Shown here piece by piece: positions 25,410 to 37,839 of a stretch of 64,000 nt of DNA. Below the pieces are notes generated by a model. That model was not told where the DNA came from. It did no database searches and saw only the letters and a list, made by a program, of their open reading frames with translations. Positions within the stretch are counted from its first letter, which is position 1, and each line of letters opens with the position of its first letter. A program made the translations under genes and the position numbers. Location of the stretch: the NCBI GenBank assembly GCA_964016885.1, contig OZ024740.1, positions 183,706,001 to 183,770,000 of the forward strand, read 5' to 3'. Source of the stretch: Eledone cirrhosa (taxonomy: Eukaryota).

Positions 25410-25812
25410 CTACTTCCTCCTCCTCCCCCTCCCTAGTATACTTTCTTCACCTCCTGCACTTATCAACGCGCGGCTGGGTTTCCTCCCCTCCCTCTAACTC
25501 TGTCTTATACTGGAAGGTTCAGTTACCCCTTCCATCCACAAATTGCCATGAGAGAATTATGTGTCTCAACAACAAACTTTTGACCGTTCTTTGTGACAAT
25601 CACTTTTACCATATATGGAATTACCCCCTGAAAAGCTCGGCCATTCATGTACCAGGATAAAAATGTTCATTTAGTCCAGAATTAGCCGTCAAAAAGGCTT
25701 GAGCTCAGCCGTCGGGGTCCTACTCGTTCCTATTACCCACTCTACTACCCTAAGTATTGAGTACTTTGGTGCGTTATGGTTCATCTGGTTCCTTGCCACA
25801 TTTCCTTCGTTA
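25410..25812 (+). mobile_element. Family B element with degenerate hammerhead-like motif at 25623-25718
   Basis: Reverse complement of 6535-6940; ACCCC-CTGAAAA-G..CGGC...GCCGTC-AAAA-AGGCT..AGCCG-TC-GGGGT. Confidence 0.75.
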
Positions 25813-25818
25813 TATATA

Positions 25819-25851
<33 letters not shown>

Positions 25852-25962
25852 CTGTATATATATATATACTGTATATATATATATATATATAAAAACAAAT
25901 AACGAAACGAAATTAAATTTCGTTTCGTTTGTAACTCACTTTTGTATGACTGACGCTTAAAC

Positions 25963-26444
<482 letters not shown>

Positions 26445-26446
26445 TG

Positions 26447-26495
<49 letters not shown>

Positions 26496-26508
26496 TATAT
26501 ATCTATAA

Positions 26509-26539
<31 letters not shown>

Positions 26540-26546
26540 CGTACAT

Positions 26547-27067
26547 AGTAATAATAATAAAATTGAAGACTAAAATCCAAGTAGAGCAAATATTTATTAA
26601 AATAACAGATTAAAGTTTAAGCAAAGAATCGCTGCTTTCACCCTTAACGGGATCTTCTGAAACTAACAAAGTCAATCTGTAAACGCAGAACTGGATATTT
26701 CAAAAAACGTTGCAACCGGAGGAAGACAGGAAGACGATACTTTGGTTCGTGGTAACGTTCGCTGGCAAAGAACGGGAAAAAACGAATATACGTCATTAAT
26801 AGGAGCGGTGAAAAACAATTACGCGCAAAGACAAAACCACGTTTATGGTATAAAAGAGGTCGTAGACTAATGTTCTCTTAGGAGGTGCATAGAGACGTTC
26901 TCTGGCAATGAACGAAAAAATGAAGATAATAAGTCATATGTGGAGCGTGGAGAACAATAGCACGCAAAGACAAAACCACTTCAATGGTATAGCAGAAATC
27001 GTAGACTAAAATTCTAACTAGGAGACCAAATGAATTGCTTAAACTTTAATCTGTTATTTTAATAAAT
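26547..27067 (-). repeat. Family C copy with short inverted terminus
   Basis: Reverse complement of 5900-6330; 27036-27067 is an inverted copy of the 3' end. Confidence 0.8.
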
Positions 27068-27127
27068 ATATACGTACATATATATATATATATGTATACA
27101 ACATATACATACTCATATACATACTTG

Positions 27128-27215
<88 letters not shown>

Positions 27216-27221
<6 letters not shown>

Positions 27222-28195
27222 GATAAATCTACCAAGAGTTTACGGTAGTGTCCAATCCGTATGAAGAACTCAATGTATTCCGGATATCATGGAAAGAAGA
27301 GATGTAATGAAAAATCACTTTCGGTGAAAGATAAACGGTATACAGAGTCAAGATAAAATATTAAACAAATAATGAATAAACAATGAAACAGTTCCTTATA
27401 TTAAACAAAAAAAGTTCATTATTTAACGATCGTTTCTAGGATATATATGTGTTAGAATTGGCATGCATATTCAACAGATCTATGTACAAAATTATACAAA
27501 ATTATACAAACTATCAAGATTAAATATACATACCAACACATATATACGCCGTCTTCAGAAATAATGAAATATATTTATTGATAATAACAACAATTCAAAA
27601 TTTCAGGTCCGTTTGGGAACAAAATTGACCAATGAAAATACAAAAGGTTTAATGCAGTTCGGTGTGTGTATATACATGTAACTACCCTTACACATATTTT
27701 ACAAAAATGTATGCACAACTTGTATACGCATACCAAAAGGATGGATGCAAATACAAAATTTCAAGGTTAATGTCTCTGTAAGTTTATAATGCACAGATAA
27801 GATGCGTATAGACACATAAATATGAAATAAATGTATACACATATTTTCATACTCACACATATCCGTACAATCACACACACACGCGCGTATATGCATAAAC
27901 ATACACATAACTACGAACATACAAACACACACACACCCCCACTCACATATATATATGTGGATATAAAATCCTAAGCACATGGATATTAATTCACTCACAT
28001 AAACACTGGCACACACATTTAGATCAAGATACAGAAATTAGGTGGGAGGGGGGGAGAGGTCAGTATTCAACGGTTTGGGCAGACTGCTTAATATAGATGT
28101 ATCTATAAACTAAGAAAATAAAAAATAATAAATAATAAATAAACATTAAAAAGGAAAGAAAAGAAAAAGAAAAAAGAAAAAAGAAATATATCAAG

Positions 28196-28247
<52 letters not shown>

Positions 28248-28395
28248 CACATATATACACATATATATATACATACACATATACAAACACATACATACAT
28301 ATACACACATCCACACTTAGAACATACATACACACACATATATAAACATATACATATACACACATACATACATATACACACATACATATAAATAA

Positions 28396-28463
<68 letters not shown>

Positions 28464-28765
28464 ATACACATATACTCACACATACTATATAGACACACAT
28501 ATATATACACACATACACGCACTTATACATACACTTACATACTTATATACATACAGATATACACATACATACCTATATATACACACAAATACATACAGAC
28601 ATACATACATACATACAGACAAATACTTACGCATCTATATATCGGTATATACATACAAACACCACTACACTCTCACACAACTCAGACATACAAAGAAAAA
28701 GGTATATACCTATACACATATACATATACAAATAGAGAAACATATACATATATATATATATATAT

Positions 28766-28808
<43 letters not shown>

Positions 28809-28996
28809 CACATATACACACATACACATACATACACATACATACATGTACACACACATAGATATATATACACATACACACATACATATATAGTCATACA
28901 CACACATACACCTACACGAACATACACATACACATATATAAAGATATATATACACACACACACACACATACAGACACACACATATATATAAAATAA

Positions 28997-29053
<57 letters not shown>

Positions 29054-29638
29054 TATACACATACATATACATACACACATACATAGACATATATGTACAT
29101 ACATACACATACATAGATACATACACACACATACATACATATATATATACACACATAGACATATACATACATACACACACAACATACATACACACATATA
29201 TACTCATACATAGAATTAGATATATATTCATACATACATACGCACTTACATATACTCATATATACAAATACATACGCATTCATATATGCGTATATACATA
29301 GAAACACCACTACACCCTCACCCAACTCAGACATACAAAGAAAAAGGCATATACATATACATATATACACGCATTAATAGAGATATATATACACATATAT
29401 ATATATATATATATATACACATACACTTATATATATATACCCACACACACATACAACCATAAATACACATACAAACACCCACATATACATATATATACAC
29501 ATATATATATATATACACACACATAAAAAACAGACATGCACATATATATTTTTTTACACATATATATACACATATATATACATATACACACCCTCACATA
29601 TACACACATACACATAAGTTATATTATAATAATAAATA

Positions 29639-29691
<53 letters not shown>

Positions 29692-29944
29692 CGAATATAG
29701 ACACATATACACACATAGATATATATATATATATATATATACACATACATATACACACACACACATACACACTCACATATATATGTGTGTGCACACACAC
29801 ATATATACACATACACACATATACACATAAACACATATATGTGTATACATGCACACACACACATATATCCACATAGATACGAAGATAGACATATAAATAG
29901 AGAGACATACATATATATACACACACACATATACATACATACAT

Positions 29945-30017
<73 letters not shown>

Positions 30018-31081
30018 CACACATACACATACACATATATATACACATGCATATATACACACATACACATACATACACACATATATATATACACACACAA
30101 TCTTACATTCTTATTTGCATGCGCATATATGTATTTTTATATTCAGATATAAATACCCAAACATATATACACCTACCTACATATATATTCATACATACAC
30201 GCTTACAAACACAGATGATAATAGTATGGGGGAAAGGGGGGGGGGTTGAGAAGGGGATTATAGTAAATATATGTTTCAAGAAACATAGAATATTATCCGT
30301 ATCTGGATCCAATGTATGTTTTTACATAGTTTCAGTGTTAGGAAATACAATAAACAAGAAATAAGGCAAAATTTATGCATTTCAAAATAAATAAGTATAC
30401 CCTTAATTATATGTTAACTAAACTAAAGATAGTTAACATATTGATTTCTAAGGTGTAAATTAGTTAGGTTTATAATATTTGAAGCAGAATTTTGAAGTTA
30501 AATAGTAGTAGAGTATTAATTATAGTATAACTAAATTAAAGTTAATAACGTTATGGTATCAATATTAGGAAATGAATTTAGTAATAGGGAAAAAACAAAT
30601 AAAGTATTACATCGGTAGTAGAATATAAATTATAGGTTAACTAAATTAAAAATTATATATTTATTTCTATAGTATATGTTAATTAGGTATATAATAAATA
30701 AAACAGATATTGTATTTTATCAAAAGCAGAATATAATTATATGCAAATAGAAATCAAAATTAATACATATACATATACATATACATACACATATATATAT
30801 ACATATATATACATATATATATACATATATACACATATACACACACATACACATACACATACACATATACATATACATATTTTTTCAAAAATTGCAAAGA
30901 ATATATTAACTAGGTATATATCCAAAACACATCCCATTCTATGATTACATGACATTCTGCAATTCGTCTGTATAAGGATACTAATTTTAAGCCAATTAAA
31001 TTAAATTTTTAGGTTGACTAAAATTAAAACCAAATTATAAATATATTTCTAAAATGTATATTAATTAGGTCTATAATACTA
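27216..31081 (-). repeat. Inverted copy of the PLE 3' non-coding region (inverted pseudo-LTR)
   Basis: Reverse complement of 33869-37688; mirrored ORF translations, e.g. 30737- vs 33995+ and 27699- vs 36888+. Confidence 0.95.
27415..27568 (-). ncRNA. PLE hammerhead ribozyme, inverted copy
   Basis: Reverse complement of 37336-37489. Confidence 0.8.
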
Positions 31082-31166
31082 TATACTATATACATATATA
31101 TGTATGATTTTATAAACCCATATACATTTAGTTGAGCTCTTTCAATTGTCCATCATCCATATCACA

Positions 31167-33608
31167 ATGGAAAAACAATATTTGGGAACCTCTTTAAAAA
31201 ACATACCAATACCTTCTAAGGATGACTTCTTACTCCTTATGATTCAAAAAACTAATAATTTTATCAGAAGGGTTAGATGGAGAGCCTACCACTTCGATAG
31301 AAAATCTAAACAAGCAGATCGGAAATATATGTATGATTTCAATACCTACAAGAATCCACCACACAACTTTTTACTTGAAGACTTCGAGAAAGACCTTTTT
31401 AATTTAATTAAACACCTCAAATTTAAAAAGTATAAATCCGTCTTTCAAAAGGACCTTGATTCTACCCTATTGGACCTAAAAAAGTCTAAAAAAATCCATG
31501 TCCACTCGGACAAAACTGGTAGCTTGTATCATATGGATATTGAACATTATAATGAGTTCATATATAAAGAACTCAGAAAAAATTATAAAAAATCTAATAA
31601 TGCGTCACTCACCAACATCAACAACAAAACACACAACATAGTAAAAAAACTAAACATTGAAGATAGAACTGAACCTTTGGCATTGAAAAGACCACACTTC
31701 AACCTGAAGGATCATAAATCAAACTTTAACTCAAATCCTTCTATTAGACTTATATGTCCCTCCAAATCAGATATTGGAATAATTAGCAAAAAAATTTTGG
31801 ATAGAGTCATCCCACAAATAAGAAAACACGTTATTTTACCACTCTGGGAAAACACCTCCCAGGTAATTAACTGGTTTAAAAATATTAGATGTAAATCTTC
31901 TGCTTCATTTCTACAATTTGATATAGATAATTACTATTCTTCTATATCACCTATACTCCTGAACAAAGCATTGATATTTGCTAAAAATAGATCTAACTTA
32001 ACTTTGGATGACATTAATATTATTACACATGCTAGACTAACACTTATTGAATTTCAGAATGAATACTGGACCAGAAACACATATAGTAATCTATTTGATA
32101 TTACTATGGGTTCAAGCGATTCCGCCCAAATTACTGATCTTGTGGGCCTCTTTCTCCTTTTCAACATAAATGCCTCCTTTCCCCACCTCAAAGGTGGTTT
32201 ATATCGTGATGACTGTCTTCTTCTTTCTAACAACCTTAGCCTTTCAGAAATTGAAAAAAACAAAAAACATATTAGAACTTTCCTTAAAGACTATTATAAT
32301 CTTAATATTACTTTTGAAAAAACAAGTAAAGTAGTAAATTTCCTAGATATAACTTTAGATTTAGCTACGGGTATCTACCAACCTTACCATAAACCAAACC
32401 AAAACTTACATTACATACACTCACAATCTAATCACCCTAAATCTATCCTTAAAAACCTTGCATATAATATATCACTTAGAATTTCTAACCTTTCTTCTAA
32501 CCAAGATGTATTTGATAAAAATGCGACCTTCTATAACGAAGCTCTAGATAGAAGTGGCCACAAAAATAGATTAGAATATATACCTTCTACTAAAAATACT
32601 GAAAGCATACAACCTAATATTACCAACAAACACCAAATGAAAAGTACACACCTAAATGCCACCCACACTATACCCCAAAATACCAAATCTTCTAATATAA
32701 AGTATAGTAACTCTCAAAAAACTACTCATCATACAACTCTAATAAATATTAATAATAAAACTCCTAATAAAAAGGATAAAACACCTAAATCTACAAATAT
32801 AACTAAAAATGGTTGTGGTGAGATCATTAACATTAATCCTCCTAGTAAAAATCACGATACAACATATAAAAATAATAAAAATAATAAACAACATAGAAAC
32901 CGTAATAGACGGGTTACTTGGTATAATGCTCCATTTAATTTACAAATTAAGGATAATATTGCTAAACAATTTTTTTATATCCTAGAGAAAAACTTCCCGC
33001 CAAACCACAAATACCATCAAATCTTAAATAGGTCTACAGTTAAATTCTCATACTCTACAACAAATAACATAAAACAAAATATAAGTGCCTATAATGCATA
33101 TAAATGTAAGAAAACCATAAGTATACCACCAGTACATCAAATTAACCATAATATCTCCTCAAATACAGAATTAACGAAAGGTTGTAACTGTAGAAACAAA
33201 GCAAACTGCCCATTAAAAGGGAATTGTCTTGTTAACAACATAGTCTATAAATGTAATGTTAAAACTAAAGATTCTATTTGCTCATATATAGGAGCTACCT
33301 CTAACAATTTTAAGACAAGGTTTAATACCCACAAGCATAGTTTTAAAAATGCCGCACTGGCTAATACAACATCTCTAGCAGAAAAAATCAATAGTTATAA
33401 AAATAAGAATATAGAATATGATTTGACCTGGAGTGTGCTCAAAAGAGCCACCCCTTATCAAAATAATAGAAATGAATGTAGATTATGTTCCCAAGAACTA
33501 TTTGAAATAATGAAATCTAAGGATATCCTATTAAATAAACGACAGGAATTAATTATATCGTGTAATCATAAACTAAAAAAAACATTTAAATATTATAAAC
33601 CTAATTAA
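31167..33608 (+). CDS. PLE polyprotein: reverse transcriptase + C-terminal GIY-YIG endonuclease (813 aa from first ATG; track starts at TTG 31146)
   Basis: SLKNIPIP, SDKTG, RT motifs FDIDNYYSSI, MGSSDSAQ, GLYRDD, NFLDITL, YHKP, HSQSNHP; CNC-x5-CPLxGxC linker; IVYK...SYIGAT..FKTRFNTH, CRLC, LLNKRQE. Confidence 0.95.
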   Translation: MEKQYLGTSLKNIPIPSKDDFLLLMIQKTNNFIRRVRWRAYHFDRKSKQADRKYMYDFNTYKNPPHNFLLEDFEKDLFNLIKHLKFKKYKSVFQKDLDSTLLDLKKSKKIHVHSDKTGSLYHMDIEHYNEFIYKELRKNYKKSNNASLTNINNKTHNIVKKLNIEDRTEPLALKRPHFNLKDHKSNFNSNPSIRLICPSKSDIGIISKKILDRVIPQIRKHVILPLWENTSQVINWFKNIRCKSSASFLQFDIDNYYSSISPILLNKALIFAKNRSNLTLDDINIITHARLTLIEFQNEYWTRNTYSNLFDITMGSSDSAQITDLVGLFLLFNINASFPHLKGGLYRDDCLLLSNNLSLSEIEKNKKHIRTFLKDYYNLNITFEKTSKVVNFLDITLDLATGIYQPYHKPNQNLHYIHSQSNHPKSILKNLAYNISLRISNLSSNQDVFDKNATFYNEALDRSGHKNRLEYIPSTKNTESIQPNITNKHQMKSTHLNATHTIPQNTKSSNIKYSNSQKTTHHTTLININNKTPNKKDKTPKSTNITKNGCGEIININPPSKNHDTTYKNNKNNKQHRNRNRRVTWYNAPFNLQIKDNIAKQFFYILEKNFPPNHKYHQILNRSTVKFSYSTTNNIKQNISAYNAYKCKKTISIPPVHQINHNISSNTELTKGCNCRNKANCPLKGNCLVNNIVYKCNVKTKDSICSYIGATSNNFKTRFNTHKHSFKNAALANTTSLAEKINSYKNKNIEYDLTWSVLKRATPYQNNRNECRLCSQELFEIMKSKDILLNKRQELIISCNHKLKKTFKYYKPN

Positions 33609-34928
33609 TAACATTATTTTAGAAATTAATTTAATTTAAATGTTAGTTAACCTATAAATTTAATTTTAATTTAATTAAAATTCTATTACAGATGAGAATA
33701 TAAAATATTATGTAATCATAAATTGTGAAAAACCTTTAAATATTACTAATATATACTTAGTAATTTAATTTATAGATTAATTTTAATTTATTTAAACCTT
33801 TTATTATAATTCTTTTACAGATAAAATATAACAAAATATCGTGTATCCAATGACAGAGAAATAATTTTTAGTATTATAGACCTAATTAATATACATTTTA
33901 GAAATATATTTATAATTTGGTTTTAATTTTAGTCAACCTAAAAATTTAATTTAATTGGCTTAAAATTAGTATCCTTATACAGACGAATTGCAGAATGTCA
34001 TGTAATCATAGAATGGGATGTGTTTTGGATATATACCTAGTTAATATATTCTTTGCAATTTTTGAAAAAATATGTATATGTATATGTGTATGTGTATGTG
34101 TATGTGTGTGTATATGTGTATATATGTATATATATATGTATATATATGTATATATATATGTGTATGTATATGTATATGTATATGTATTAATTTTGATTTC
34201 TATTTGCATATAATTATATTCTGCTTTTGATAAAATACAATATCTGTTTTATTTATTATATACCTAATTAACATATACTATAGAAATAAATATATAATTT
34301 TTAATTTAGTTAACCTATAATTTATATTCTACTACCGATGTAATACTTTATTTGTTTTTTCCCTATTACTAAATTCATTTCCTAATATTGATACCATAAC
34401 GTTATTAACTTTAATTTAGTTATACTATAATTAATACTCTACTACTATTTAACTTCAAAATTCTGCTTCAAATATTATAAACCTAACTAATTTACACCTT
34501 AGAAATCAATATGTTAACTATCTTTAGTTTAGTTAACATATAATTAAGGGTATACTTATTTATTTTGAAATGCATAAATTTTGCCTTATTTCTTGTTTAT
34601 TGTATTTCCTAACACTGAAACTATGTAAAAACATACATTGGATCCAGATACGGATAATATTCTATGTTTCTTGAAACATATATTTACTATAATCCCCTTC
34701 TCACCCCCCCCCTTTCCCCCATACTATTATCATCTGTGTTTGTAAGCGTGTATGTATGAATATATATGTAGGTAGGTGTATATATGTTTGGGTATTTATA
34801 TCTGAATATAAAAATACATATATGCGCATGCAAATAAGAATGTAAGATTGTGTGTGTATATATATGTGTGTATGTATGTGTATGTGTGTATATATGCATG
34901 TGTATATATATGTGTATGTGTATGTGTG

Positions 34929-34983
<55 letters not shown>

Positions 34984-35180
34984 ATGTATGTATGTATATG
35001 TGTGTGTGTATATATATGTATGTCTCTCTATTTATATGTCTATCTTCGTATCTATGTGGATATATGTGTGTGTGTGCATGTATACACATATATGTGTTTA
35101 TGTGTATATGTGTGTATGTGTATATATGTGTGTGTGCACACACATATATATGTGAGTGTGTATGTGTGTGTGTGTATATG

Positions 35181-35214
<34 letters not shown>

Positions 35215-35238
35215 TGTGTGTATATGTGTCTATATTAG

Positions 35239-35285
<47 letters not shown>

Positions 35286-35868
35286 TATTTATTATTATAA
35301 TATAACTTATGTGTATGTGTGTATATGTGAGGGTGTGTATATGTATATATATGTGTATATATATGTGTAAAAAAATATATATGTGCATGTCTGTTTTTTA
35401 TGTGTGTGTATATATATATATATGTGTATATATATGTATATGTGGGTGTTTGTATGTGTATTTATGGTTGTATGTGTGTGTGGGTATATATATATAAGTG
35501 TATGTGTATATATATATATATATATATGTGTATATATATCTCTATTAATGCGTGTATATATGTATATGTTTATGCCTTTTTCTTTGTATGTCTGAGTTGG
35601 GTGAGGGTGTAGTGGTGTTTCTATGTATATACGCATATATGAATGCGTATGTATTTGTATATATGAGTATATGTAAGTGCGTATGTATGTATGAATATAT
35701 ATCTAATTCTATGTATGAGTATATATGTGTGTATGTATGTTGTGTGTGTATGTATGTATATGTCTATGTGTGTATATATATATGTATGTATGTGTGTGTA
35801 TGTATCTATGTATGTGTATGTATGTACATATATGTCTATGTATGTGTGTATGTATATGTATGTGTATA

Positions 35869-35907
<39 letters not shown>

Positions 35908-36103
35908 TTATTTTATATATATGTGTGTGTCTGTATGTGTGTGTGTGTGTGTATATATATCTTTATATATGTGTATGTGTATGTTCGTGTAGGTGTATGT
36001 GTGTGTATGACTATATATGTATGTGTGTATGTGTGTATGTGTATATATATCTATGTGTGTGTACATGTATGTATGTGTATGTATGTGTATGTGTGTATAT
36101 GTG

Positions 36104-36174
<71 letters not shown>

Positions 36175-36452
36175 GTTTCTCTATTTCTATATGTATATGT
36201 GTATAGCTATATACCTTTTTCTTTGTATGTCTGAGTTGTGTGAGAGTGTAGTGGTGTTTGTATGTATATACCGATATATAGATGCGTAAGTATTTGTCTG
36301 TATGTATGTATGTATGTCTGTATGTATTTGTGTGTATATATAGGTATGTATGTGTATATCTGTATGTATATAAGTATGTAAGTGTATGTATAAGTGCGTG
36401 TATGTGTGTATATATATGTGTGTCTATATAGTATGTGTGAGTATATGTGTAT

Positions 36453-36528
<76 letters not shown>

Positions 36529-36656
36529 ATTTATATGTATGTGTGTATATGTATGTATGTGTGTATATGTATATGTTTATATATGTGTGTGTATGTATGT
36601 TCTAAGTGTGGATGTGTGTATATGTATGTATGTGTTTGTATATGTGTATATATGTG

Positions 36657-36708
<52 letters not shown>

Positions 36709-37335
36709 CTTGATATATTTCTTTTTTCTTTTTTCTTTTTCTTTTCTTTCCTTTTTAATGTTTATTTATTATTTATTATTTTTTATTTTCTTAGTTTATA
36801 GATACATCTATATTAAGCAGTCTGCCCAAACCGTTGAATACTGACCTCTCCCCCCCTCCCACCTAATTTCTGTATCTTGATCTAAATGTGTGTGCCAGTG
36901 TTTATGTGAGTGAATTAATATCCATGTGCTTAGGATTTTATATCCACATATATATATGTGAGTGGGGGTGTGTGTGTGTTTGTATGTTCGTAGTTATGTG
37001 TATGTTTATGCATATACGCGCGTGTGTGTGTGATTGTACGGATATGTGTGAGTATGAAAATATGTGTATACATTTATTTCATATTTATGTGTCTATACGC
37101 ATCTTATCTGTGCATTATAAACTTACAGAGACATTAACCTTGAAATTTTGTATTTGCATCCATCCTTTTGGTATGCGTATACAAGTTGTGCATACATTTT
37201 TGTAAAATATGTGTAAGGGTAGTTACATGTATATACACACACCGAACTGCATTAAACCTTTTGTATTTTCATTGGTCAATTTTGTTCCCAAACGGACCTG
37301 AAATTTTGAATTGTTGTTATTATCAATAAATATAT

Positions 37336-37489
37336 TTCATTATTTCTGAAGACGGCGTATATATGTGTTGGTATGTATATTTAATCTTGATAGTTTGTAT
37401 AATTTTGTATAATTTTGTACATAGATCTGTTGAATATGCATGCCAATTCTAACACATATATATCCTAGAAACGATCGTTAAATAATGAA
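37336..37489 (+). ncRNA. PLE type I hammerhead ribozyme with ~115-nt stem II
   Basis: TTCATTATTT-CTGAAGA-(long hairpin)-GAAA-CGATCG-TT-AAATAATGAA; perfect 10-bp stem I, palindromic stem III, predicted cut after 37479. Confidence 0.8.
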
Positions 37490-37839
37490 CTTTTTTTGTT
37501 TAATATAAGGACCTGTTTCATTGTTTATTCATTATTTGTTTAATATTTTATCTTGACTCTGTATACCGTTTATCTTTCACCGAAAGTGATTTTTCATTAC
37601 ATCTCTTCTTTCCATGATATCCGGAATACATTGAGTTCTTCATACGGATTGGACACTACCGTAAACTCTTGGTAGATTTATCTACATAATTTTTGCTCCT
37701 ATTTTCACGGAAATATTCGTATTTTTGTACTGTATGTGTGTATTAATTTTATATTTATGTATATACATATATATGTATGATTTTATAAACCCATATACAT
37801 TTAGTTGAGCTCTTTCAATTGTCCATCATCCATATCACA

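Larger units (their letters stand above)
31087..37759 (+). repeat. PLE tandem unit 1 (6673 bp)
   Basis: Starts at TATATACATATATATGTATG after the inversion junction; sequence recurs at 37760. Confidence 0.9.

Noticed and set aside
31146-31166. TTG start of the 820-aa ORF in the track
   Set aside because: Eukaryotic context; the first ATG at 31167 (MEKQYLG) is the more plausible start
32054-32263. 69-aa antisense ORF repeated in each unit
   Set aside because: Shadow of the RT coding strand; its conservation is explained by the duplication
31167-33608. Telomerase, group II intron maturase, or Naiad/Chlamys-type (N-terminal EN, selenoprotein) identity
   Set aside because: GIY-YIG is C-terminal, there is no in-frame TGA, the catalytic motif is YRDD, and the tandem/inverted layout with HHR fits a canonical EN+ PLE
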